The translations under genes and the position numbers were made by a program. The notes beneath the pieces were generated by a model that saw only the letters and a program-made list of their open reading frames with translations, searched no databases and was not told the origin of the DNA. From positions 222,148,001 through 222,212,000 of the forward strand of contig NC_086097.1 in NCBI RefSeq assembly GCF_963921235.1: a stretch of 64,000 bases of DNA, written 5' to 3'. The stretch's first letter is position 1; the number at the start of each line of letters is the position of its first letter. This DNA is from Mobula hypostoma (taxonomy: Eukaryota). Shown one piece after another: positions 50,428-60,197 of this stretch.

Positions 50428-51761
50428 CAGGTTTCCCCCGCTATCTGAAGGTAGAGCATTCCTATGAAACGGTTTGTAAGCCGAAATGTCGTAAAGTAAA
50501 TAAGCAATTACCATTTATTAATATGGGAAAAATTTTTGAGTGTTCCCAGACCCAAAAAATAACCTATAAAATCATGCCAAATAACACATATAACCTAAAA
50601 TAATAGTAACATATAGTAAAAGCAGGAATGATATGATAAATACACAGCTTATATAAAGTAGAAATACTTTTCTGCAGCACTGTCTAGCGCAGCAAAAATC
50701 TTGCAGAAGTGCTCTTGGCAGAAACACTCTCTCCAGTAACCTTTAAGCTATGAAGCTGCCAAATCATACTAAATAATACATAAAAATACACAGCCTATAC
50801 AAAGTAGAAATAATGTATGCACAGTGTAGTTTCACGTACCGGAATCGGGAAGACTCCAATAAATTGCAGTTTTGTCACAGTTAAACACTTGCTTATACAA
50901 ATAACCACCTGACGCAATCGGCAATCGCCTCTGATCTGGGCCGACATTTATGTGCCGGGCGACACCTAATTAATTAGCTTGTTTATTTCGGCTTTTTTCT
51001 TAAAGACGTGTTGTGTGCGTCCCGACTACCGCTGCACCACTGCATTCTTCGCAGCCCAGTGGCTGGGGACCACTGCTTAAACTATGAAGCTGCCCTCGCC
51101 TCAGAAACCGATCAAACCACCCATGACTGCTTTTAAATTCCACTTTCACAACACTTTCATCACCATCGTCCAGTGCTTTCTGTTTCGGCTTATTAAAAAG
51201 ACTGACTGATTTCTCCTTAAGTATAAGAAAACTTAACGAAACACCACGCTTTGTACACCCATCAATCCACTCAAACAATAGATTTTCCATTTTATCCATT
51301 ATTGGATGCAGACTAAGAAAGACCACTTTGCTATGAGCAGAACCAACAGTAACATGGGCAGCTTTCAAAATTCTTTCTCTCTGCGTGTAAATAGTGAGAA
51401 TGGTGGATGCAGGCAAGTTCAACACGCAGATAATGTCCTTACTTCGTTCACCACGATCGAAATGCTTAATTATGTCTAGTTTTACGCTAAGTGTAACACT
51501 CTTACGAGCTCTTTTAGGCTTTTCTGATACCTTAGAACTCATCTTGCAAACGGATGCATGAAATAAATCAAGATAAAGCACATGTTTAAGTAATGGCAGC
51601 TAGAATGCATTTCCGAGGGAGGATCTTGGCTGCTCGGGGCGCACGCTGCCTTTTCTCGTAACAGTGAAAACACCTTCTGTTAGCGAAAACAGGTAACCAA
51701 TGTAGGTCTTTCGTAACAGCGAGGTGTCGTAAAGCGAACACTCGGAAAAGGGGGTCACCTA
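50428..51761 (-). mobile_element. Tigger/pogo element, internally deleted, copy 2
   Basis: Colinear reverse-complement homolog of 21501-22821; TA-CAGGTTTCCCCCG terminus at 50426-50440. Confidence 0.9.
51000..51542 (-). CDS. Truncated Tigger transposase, 180 aa: two CENP-B-type HTH domains, no DDE domain
   Basis: MSSKVSEKPKRARKSVTLSVKLDII...MENLLFEWI...LKEKS...FKSSHGWFDRF is open; the C-terminal ~20 aa come from the foreign insert. Confidence 0.75.
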   Translation of the reverse strand: MSSKVSEKPKRARKSVTLSVKLDIIKHFDRGERSKDIICVLNLPASTILTIYTQRERILKAAHVTVGSAHSKVVFLSLHPIMDKMENLLFEWIDGCTKRGVSLSFLILKEKSVSLFNKPKQKALDDGDESVVKVEFKSSHGWFDRFLRRGQLHSLSSGPQPLGCEECSGAAVVGTHTTRL

Positions 51762-51879
51762 TTATCCTAGACTTGTTAATCCTCCCAAAATGTCACAATT
51801 CCTTAAAATCTTTTTTCGATTACGGCCAACACATAGCGTATTTTCCAAATTTCACCACTATAGTCAAATGGATATGCAA

Positions 51880-52044
51880 GAAATTCTGCAGATATGTAAA
51901 TCTGGGACAGCTCACAAACTACCAAAAGAACTCAGCAGGTCAGGCAGCATCTATGGAGGGAAATGAACAGTCAACATTTCAGATTGAGACCCTTCTTCAG
52001 GACTGAAAAGAAAGAGGACGGATGGCAAGTATTAAATAGTAAGG
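51880..52044 (-). mobile_element. Older Penelope pseudo-LTR fragment with hammerhead motif (51968-52005)
   Basis: Minus strand CAGTC-CTGAAGA-AGGGTCTCAATCT-GAAA-TGTT-GACTG. Confidence 0.75.
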
Positions 52045-52294
52045 TGTGGTAAACCATGTATATATGTTGTAACTCGGTTACCCGTCTGGACACACACCTC
52101 TGCTGACTGCCCCTGTGGCTCCTCTGACTTCCCCTGTGGCTCCTCCCACAGAGTTCTGTATAAAGGTGTTCGCCTTGCCCCTCCCCCTCAGTCCGGGGGC
52201 AGACACTCACTGTGGAGGTCGTATTGTACAGCGAATAAAAGCCTTTCAGTATTTTACCAAACCTCAGTCTTTTGGAGTAATTGAAGGTGCTTCA
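52045..52294 (+). repeat. 5' LTR with TATAAA (52159-52164), AATAAA (52234-52239) and a 21-bp tandem duplication (52103-52144)
   Basis: Matches 56315-56534 except for 3 substitutions, the extra 21-mer and the last 9 nt. Confidence 0.95.
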
Positions 52295-52320
52295 ATTTTA
52301 TTCGCTGTACATTTTAAAAC

Positions 52321-55300
52321 ATGGAACAGGCCCTGAGACCAGACAAATTAGACCTCGATCCGCAAATGCCTAATGCTGGAAACGCTTTCGAACTCTGGTT
52401 GGCCTGCTTCGAAGCGTATCTAGAGGAGATTAAAGCGACCGACCCCGTAGCGAAGCACAGAGTTCTACTCCCCAGGGTCAGTCCATGGGTTTATTCACTG
52501 ATCAGAGACCAGCCGAACTACGACGGCGCGATGAACGCACTCAAAAGACAATACCTGCGGCTGATAAACAGCGTCTATGCTCGGCATCGCTTAGTGACAC
52601 GGCAACAACAGTCCGGGGAATCGAGTGCTGAGTTTGTCCAGGCCCTACAGACACTCGTGCAAGCCTGCAATTGCCAGGAGCTGACGGCGGCGCAGCATGC
52701 TGAACTCCTAGTGCGGGACGCCTTCGTTACGGGGAACAGGTCAGTGTACGTGCGCCAGCAGCTGCTGGAAAAAGCCGATCTTACCCTAAGTTCGGCGATC
52801 GAGCTGGCTGATATGTTGGAGGCCACTCTGCATAACTCCGAGGCTCTCCAGGCACGTGATTCCCCGATGGCCTCGTGGGCGCCGCAGACCCCGCAACCCG
52901 CCGGCGAATCGACCTCGGCTGCCACCAGTCGTGAGTCCGCGAAGTGCTACTTCTGTGGACTGGAAAAGCACCCCCGGAAACGCTGCACGGCCCGACAAGC
53001 TACCTGTTCCAGCTGCGGAAAGAAGGGCCACTTCGCCAAGGTCTGTAAGTCAAAACCACGAGCAGAATCGAGCAGCGCCGCGTGCGAGACGTGGGGGTCG
53101 CCATCTTCCCTGCACACTGCCACCACGTGCGAGACATAGGGGCTGCCATCTTCCCTGCACGGCGCCACCACGTGCGAGACATGGGGGCGGCCATCTTGGT
53201 CGGCGCCACCTCCCACTGCCTACGACCAACGGGTGCTCACGGGCCACCCCACTGCGCCGGACCAAGACAGCGACCCCACCCTGGCTTCCGTGACCCTCGA
53301 CCAAAGCGCTCCCCACCAGCTCGCAAGGTCAATGATGGACATCCTGGTGGAGGGGCACAGGACAAGCTGCCTGTTTGACACAGGCAGCACAGAGAGTTTT
53401 ATCCACCCAGACACGGTGCGGCGTTGCGGACTCATGATACGGCCGGTAAGTCAGAGGGTCACCATGGCCTCCGGGTCGCATACAACAGACATCTGGCGGG
53501 GGTTGTGTAGCGACACTAGTGATGCAGGGCACAGAATATCAGGACTTTAAGTTACTGGTCTTGCCTCAACTGTGTGCCCCTGTGCTGTTGGGGTTGGACT
53601 TCCAGAGCCACCTGAAAAGCGTGACAATGAAGTATGATGGGCCCCTTCCACCAATTACTGTCATAAATCCCCTGTTTTGTAGAGATATGTCACGTACCCT
53701 GCTACTGACCACACACACACACGCCAACCCGCGCATCCCACCCAACATCATGCCAACTGCCACACTACCGACACCACTTGCGGCCTCTCCACCCTCAGGA
53801 TCCCTCCCCCACCGCTGTTTGCCAACCTGACCCCCGACTGTAAACCTGTGACAACTAAAAGCAGGAGGTACAGCGCGGGGGACAGAGCTTTCATTAAGTC
53901 GGAGGTGCAGCGGCTGCTCAGGGAGGGGGTCATTGAGGCAAGCACAAGTCCTTGGAGGACGCAGTTGGTGGTTGTTCGGAACGGGGAGAAGAGTAGGATG
54001 GTCGTGGACTCTAGCCAGACCATCAATAGGTTCACGCAGCTTGACGCGTACCCTCTACCCCGCATCGCGGATATGGTCAATCAGATAGCACAGTACAAGG
54101 TGTACTCAACCATAGACCTAAAATCCGCTTACCATCAGCTCCCCATCCGCCGGGAGGACCGCCCTTACACTGCCTTCGAGGCAGACGGCAGGCTTTATCA
54201 ATTCCTGCGCGTCCCCTTTGGTGTCACGAATGGTGTATCTGTCTTCCAGAGGGCAATGAACCAGATGGTGGACCAGTGCCATTTGAAGGCCACGTTCCCA
54301 TATCTGGATAACATCACCATCTGCGGTCATGACCAGCAGGATCACGACAACAACCTCCAAAAATTTCTCCAAGCGGCCAAATCTTTCAACCTCACCTATA
54401 ACAAGGACAAGTGTGTATTTGGGACCACCTGACTTGCTATCCTTGGGTGTGTCGTGGAGAATGGAGTCATTGGCCCTGACCCCGACCGTATGCGCCCCCT
54501 GTTGGAACTCCCTCTTCCCAATACCCTCAGAGCCCTCAAAAGGTGTCTGGGCTTCTTTTCATATTACGCCCAATGGGTCTCTAACTATGCAGACAAGGCC
54601 CCCCCCCCCCGGTCAAGTCCACCACATTCCCCCTCTCTGCCGAGGCCCACACGGCCTTCAACCGCATAAAAGGGGACATTGCCAAAGCAGCAATGCATGC
54701 GGTGGATGAGGCCATTCCCTTCCAAGTAGAGAGTGACGCCTCCGACTTTGCGCTGGCTGCTACCCTCAACCAGGCAGGAAGACCAGTGGCGTTCTTCTCC
54801 TGTACCCTTCAAGGCCCTGAAATTCGGCACTCTGCGGTAGAGAAAGAGGCCCAGGCCATAGTGGAAGCTATAAGGCACTGGAGGCACTATCTTGCCGGCA
54901 AAAAGTTCACCCTGCTAACTGACCGGCGCTCAGTCGCGTTCATGTTTAATAATCAGCAGTGGAGCAAAATCAAAAATGATAGAATTCTGAGGTGGAGAAT
55001 CGAACTCTCCACCTACAACTATGACATCATGTACAGGCCTGGGAAGCTCAACGAGCCCTCCGATGCCCTATCCCAGGGAACATGTGCCAGCGCGCAGATC
55101 GACCGGCTATACGCCCTACATGTAGACCTTTGCAACCCGGGAGTCACCCGGCTTTTCCGCTTCGTGAAAGCCCGGAACCTGCCTTACTCCCTTGAGGAGA
55201 TCAGGATGATGACCAGGGACTGCCAAGTCTGCGCAGAGTGCAAACCGCACTTCTACCGACTCGAAAAGGCACCAGTCATCAAGGCCACCCGCCCCTTTGA

Positions 55301-56246
55301 GCAACTGAGTGTTGACTGTAAGGGCCCCCTTCCCTCCACCGACCGCAATGTGTACTTTCTTAACGTAATTGACGAATACTCGCGGTTTCCCTTCCCCATC
55401 CCCTGCCCCGACACCACTACCACGTCAGTTATAAAAGCCCTGCGCAAGCTCTTCACTCTGTTCAGATACCCATGCTATATCCACAGTGACAGAGGGTCCT
55501 CGTTTATGAGTGACGAGCTGCGCCAATATCTACTGACTAGGGGAATTGCAACCAGTAGGACCACTAGCTATAATCCCCGGGGGAATGGACAGGTAGAGAA
55601 GGAGAATGGCACGGTGTGGAAAGCCACACTCTTAGCCCTCAGGTCAAAGGGACTGCCGGTCTCCCGCTGGCAGGAGGTCCTTCCCGAGGCACTCCACTCC
55701 ATCCGCTCCCTGTTATGCACAGCCACCAATGCCACCCCTCATGAGTGGCTGTTTTCGTTTCCCAGAAAGTCGACCACTGGAACCACCCTACCAACTTGGC
55801 TGACGCCCCCGGGGCCAGTGCTGCTTCGGAAACATGCGAGGAGCAATAAATACTCTCCGATAGTCAAGAGGGTTCACTTACTTCATGCGAACCCCCAGTA
55901 TGCCTACGTGGTTTTACCTGATGGGAGGGAGGACACGGTCTCCATCCGCGACCTGGCGCCCGCAGGAGCTCAGGGCCCCTACCCTGAACACTCCGTGGTG
56001 ACTATTGACCCCATACCCACCAATGTATGTACCTACGAGACACCGTGCACCCCAAACCCTATACAGACACCACATGACACTCCCATACCGGGCGCGACGC
56101 ACACGCACGAGGGATTACCGACGCCTAACGTGCTGGCACCTGAAGTCAGGCCGGAGCCAGCACAACCGCCATCGCCGGTGCAATCACCGCCAGTGCTACG
56201 TAGATCACAGCGACGGACTCGACCGCCTGATAGACTTAACCTGTAA
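52321..56246 (+). pseudogene. Gypsy gag-pol polyprotein, disrupted
   Basis: Zinc knuckles CYFCGLEKHPRKRC and CSSCGKKGHFAKVC; protease LFDTGS; RT IDLKSAYHQL, PFG, YLDN; RNase H SDASD, EKEA, TD; integrase C..C, SVDCKGP, HSDRGSSF, NGQVEKEN. Stops at 53137 and 54430; frameshifts near 53500, 53715 and 54605. Confidence 0.93.
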
Positions 56247-56314
56247 ATATACTTCTTGTAAATATGTCAGTCACTTCACCCCGCAGGACTCTTTTTAAAA
56301 AAAGGAGGGGTGAA

Positions 56315-56534
56315 TGTGGTAAACCATGTATATATGTTGTAACTCGGTTACCTGTCTGGACACACACCTCTGCTGACTGCCCCTGTGGCTCCTCCCACAG
56401 AGTCCTGTATAAAGGTGTTCGCCTTGCCCCTCCCCCTCAGTCCGGGGGCAGACACTCACTGTGGAGGTCATATTGTACAGCGAATAAAAGCCTTTCAGTA
56501 TTTTACCAAACCTCAGTCTTTTGGAGTAATTGAA
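56315..56534 (+). repeat. 3' LTR lacking its last 9 nt
   Basis: Follows the PPT; ends ...AATTGAA and is joined directly to a 5'-truncated V-SINE. Confidence 0.95.
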
Positions 56535-56790
56535 CAGCTCAGGGGTTGGAGTTCAGAGTTCAATTGCAACATCACTTGTAAGGAGTCTGTTCATCTTCCC
56601 GTGAAATGTGTAAGCTTTCTCCAGGTCCTTCAGTTTCCTCCCATAGGCCAAAGACATACCGACTAGTAGGTTAATTGGGCATTGTAAGTTGTGTCATAAT
56701 TAAGCTAAGGTTAAATCAGTGATTGCTGAGCAGTGCAGCTTGAAGGACCAGGAGGGTCTATTCCATGTTGAATCTCTAAATAAAATAAAT
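56535..56790 (+). mobile_element. V-SINE (HE1-like), 5'-truncated
   Basis: Homologous to 18315-18623, starting at CAGCTC; ends TCTCTAAATAAAATAAA. Confidence 0.8.
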
Positions 56791-56799
56791 TTAAAATGG

Positions 56800-57160
56800 T
56801 AGGTGATAGGTAGCTGATCGATATTCATGTTGTCAGCCTGGTGGCTACCAAGGTAGAACTTGTGGTGTTCTTCCTCTAATATGCGTCTAGCATCCATGTA
56901 GAAGAAGTGATGATAATAAACCAATTCACCAGTTTATTACATTCGAAACCCTCATCCAAATCAATGATACAGATCATGAACAGCTCAGCACCAAAATCAA
57001 TCCCTGCAGGAAACCACTCTGCACAGTCTCCCAAACCAACTATTCCTAGTCTCCATTTTCTGTCCATTAACCAATCTTCAGTCCACGCCAATATGTTACT
57101 CCTAATCGTACGCTCTCTAATTTTCTTTGGTCACGTTTTGTGCAGAAACTTCTGCATAGT
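56800..57160 (-). mobile_element. Penelope GIY-YIG scrap (about 56800-56905) and old CR1 RT scrap (about 56910-57160)
   Basis: LEEEHHKFYLGSHQADNMNID; WTEDWL.DRK.R.GI and ICIIDLDEGFEC. Confidence 0.7.
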
Positions 57161-57376
57161 AGTACTCTATTATTTATTCTACCTGTCACAATCTCAAAAA
57201 AACCCAGAAATATCAAACATAATTTGCTTTTCATAAATCCATGTTGATTGTCCCCAATTCTTGTTTTTGGAGCACTTCCATAATAATAAATTCCAACATT
57301 TTAACAACTGCCAAAACCAGGATGAATGGGCAATAGCGCTTGTTTCCTCTTTCACCTTATTAGATAATGGGATTAC

Positions 57377-57573
57377 CGACTGGTGGTGTAGAGGCATCTG
57401 CACGAGACCGCAGGGCAAATGGTTGCCAGTTCGAATCCGGCCAGCTCCTTGCACGCTTTCCATCTGTGCTGCGTTGAGTGTCAAACTAGCAACTCAGCCT
57501 TATTAAACAAGTGCAGAAGAAATGGCAAGGTTGTTGCCCGATGTGCCAGTGAGGTGTGGGAGGATAAAAAAAA
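57377..57573 (+). mobile_element. Short tRNA-derived SINE (197 bp) with A-tail and 11-bp TSD
   Basis: A-box TGGTGTAGAGG, B-box GTTCGAATCC, poly-A; AATGGGATTAC at 57366-57376 and 57574-57584. Confidence 0.85.
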
Positions 57574-58074
57574 AATGGGATTACATTTGCTACTTTGAAA
57601 ACCATAAATTCCTTTAGCTTCCAGGTTATGTATTAACAACTCATCATTATATAATATCTAAAATAGATATTCTTACATTAATTCCTTAACATATTGCTCT
57701 AGAAAATCATCTCCATGAATTTGTCTTCAATTTGGTTCACTCATGATTATTGTACTACTTTTATTGCATGTGGATCAAATATTCCGATGTATATTATACA
57801 TTGCTATAAATATTTGCAGACAGCTAATAGTTTAATATTAATCTCATGTTTCATATTCCCCTGTAGGATCTCTGTTTATTTTCTGATCCTCAGGGTTTTT
57901 CTGGAAGTCAAAAATGGTGAGTAGTCTTACCTCCAAGATTTCAGTTTATCTTAGAGTACAAACAAATATACAAATAATAAGCAAACTAAATAAAGAGCTG
58001 AGAAATGATGCTGAGGTGTATAGACAAAGAATAAAGATGGCACTTCTGAAAAACCTATCACTTTTATAGATTTA

Positions 58075-59645
58075 GACCACCTAGACAACACAAACACCTA
58101 CATAGGATGCTATTCATCGACTACAGCTCAGCATTTAATACCATCATTCCCACAATCCTCATTGAGAAGTTGCAGAACCTGGGCCTCTGTACCTCACTCT
58201 GCAATTAGATCCTCAACTTCCTAACCAGAAGACCACAGTCTGTGCGGAATGGTGATAACATATCCTCTTCGCTGACGATCAACACTGGGGCACCTTGGGG
58301 GTGTGTGCTTAGCCCACTGCTCTGCTTTCTGCATACACGTGACTGTGTGGCTGGGCACAGCTCAAATATCACCTACAAATTTGCTGATGATACAACCATT
58401 GTTGGTAGAATCTCAGGTGGTGATGACAGGGCGTACAAGAGTGAGATATGCCAACTAGTGGAATGGTGCCACAGCAACAACCTGGCACTCAACATCAGTA
58501 AGACGAAAGAGCTGATTGTGGACTTCAGGAAAGGTAAGACGAAGGAACATATACCAATCCTCATAGAGGGATCAGAAGTGAAGAGAGTGAAAAGCTTCAA
58601 GTTTCTGCACGTCAAGATCTCTGAGGATCTAACCTGGTCCCAACATATTGATGTAGTCATAAGGAAGGCAAGACAGGGGCTATACTTTATTAGGGGTTTG
58701 AAGAGATTTGACATGTCAACAAATACACTCTAAAACTTCTATAGTTGTACCGTAGAAATCATCCTGACAGGCTGCATCATTGCCTGGCATGGAGGGGCTA
58801 CTGCACAGGACCAAAAGTAGCTGCAGAAGGTTGTAAATCTAGTCAGCTCCATCTTGGGCACTAGCCTACAAAGTACCTGGGAGTGGTGTCTCAGAAAGGC
58901 AGCGTCCATTATTAAGGACCTGCAGCACCCAGGACATGCCCTTTTCTCACTGTTACCATTAGGTAGGAGATACAGATGCCTGAAGGCACACACTCAGCAA
59001 TTCAGGAACAGCTTCTTCCCCTCTGCCATCCGATTCCTAAATGGACATTGACACTATCTCACTTTTTTTAATAGTCATACTTTATTGATCCCGGGGGAAA
59101 TTGATTTTCGTTACAGTTGCACCATAAATAATTAAGTAGTAATAAAACCATAAATAATTAAATAGTAATATGTAAATTATGCCAGGAAATAAGTCCAGGA
59201 CCAGCCTATTGGCTCAGGGTGTCTGACCCTCCAAGGGAGGAGTTGTAAAATTTGATGGCCACAGGCAGGAATGACTTCCTATGATGCTCTGTGCTGCATC
59301 TTGGTGGAATGAGTCTCTGGCTGAATGTACTCCTGTGTCCAACCAGTACATTATGTAGTGGATGGGAGACATTGTCCAAGATGGCATGCAACTTGGACGG
59401 CATCCTCTTTTCAGACACCACCGTCAGTATTTCTGTACTATATTAATATACAGTATTTCTGTTTTTGCACATTTAAAAAAATCTATTCAATATATGTAAT
59501 GGATTTACTTGTTTATTTATTATGTTTTATTTTATTTATTATTTTTTTTTCTCTCTGTTAGATTATGTATTGCATTGAACTGCTGCTGCTAAGTTAACAA
59601 ATTTCATGTCACATGCCGTGATAATAATCCTGATTCTGATTCTGA
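58075..59645 (+). mobile_element. Rex1/Babar LINE 3' half (RT ORF 58242-58733) with an opposite-strand insertion in its UTR
   Basis: [39 protein letters not shown]; (GATTCT)n tail near 59630-59645. Confidence 0.9.
59070..59427 (-). mobile_element. 3' fragment of a second Rex1/Babar subfamily
   Basis: ORF 59206-59421 (KLHAILDNVSHPLH...STFSQRL..PRC.TE..RKSFLP.AI..YN); ends GGATCAATAAAGTATGACTAT. Confidence 0.8.
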
Positions 59646-59904
59646 CATAAGATAAGAAATTCCTTAGATAAAGATAAACTAGTTAATAGGCCACATAATT
59701 AAAAACAATTCCATCATGTAAGCAAAGTGCTGATATTCGGCCAATGAAAAATGAGAAAGGTGATAAACTGTGAGTTTAACTGCTATATCACTTTCTGCCA
59801 GTGAGTGTGGAAAAAATGCAAGTTTGTTAAAAAGTATAAATCTTATTAAAAGTATGATTAAAAACTAGTGGTTTCCAACACCCACAAGACTCTACTAATC
59901 ACCT

Positions 59905-60095
59905 ACGTACCAGGGGCAATTTACAGTAGTCAATTAAGTCACTAACCCACACATCTTTGGAATGTTGGGGGTATCTGGAGCACCCAAATTAAATCTCCAC
60001 AGTTACAGGGAAAAACATGCAAACTCAATGTAGACTGCCTGAGGAGAGACTGAACCTGATCACTGGCACTATCAGGCAATGGCTCTACTTGTCTC
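59905..60095 (-). mobile_element. Degenerate V-SINE
   Basis: Minus strand GGGTGCTCCAGATACCCCCAACATTCCAAAGATGTG...TTAATTGACTACTGTAAATTGCCCCT. Confidence 0.7.
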
Positions 60096-60197
60096 CCAAA
60101 ATGGTTTTCCGACTCTAAGATATAAAATGAGTTCCAGTGGTAACAATGGTAGCCAGTTCATCTCTGAGGCATGAAGACTTCTTTGCTTTACGTGTCA

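Larger units (their letters stand above)
52045..56534 (+). mobile_element. Near-complete Ty3/Gypsy LTR retrotransposon (gag-PR-RT-RH-IN), inactivated
   Basis: 5' LTR 52045-52294 (TG...CA); 3' LTR 56315-56534; polypurine tract AAAAAAAGGAGGGG at 56297-56310; Gypsy domain order. Confidence 0.97.

Noticed and set aside
52575..56108. Numerous overlapping alternative-frame and antisense ORFs in the Gypsy body, including a possible env or accessory gene
   Set aside because: Expected shadows of GC-rich coding sequence; only about 50 nt separate the integrase stop from the PPT, leaving no room for env.
57377..57440. tRNA gene
   Set aside because: A and B boxes are present, but the sequence continues into a SINE body with an A-tail and TSD and I see no convincing acceptor stem.
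57866..57923. Possible small exon ending at G/GTGAGT
   Set aside because: Two competing acceptors give lengths that are not multiples of 3 and no recognisable peptide; consistent with chance.
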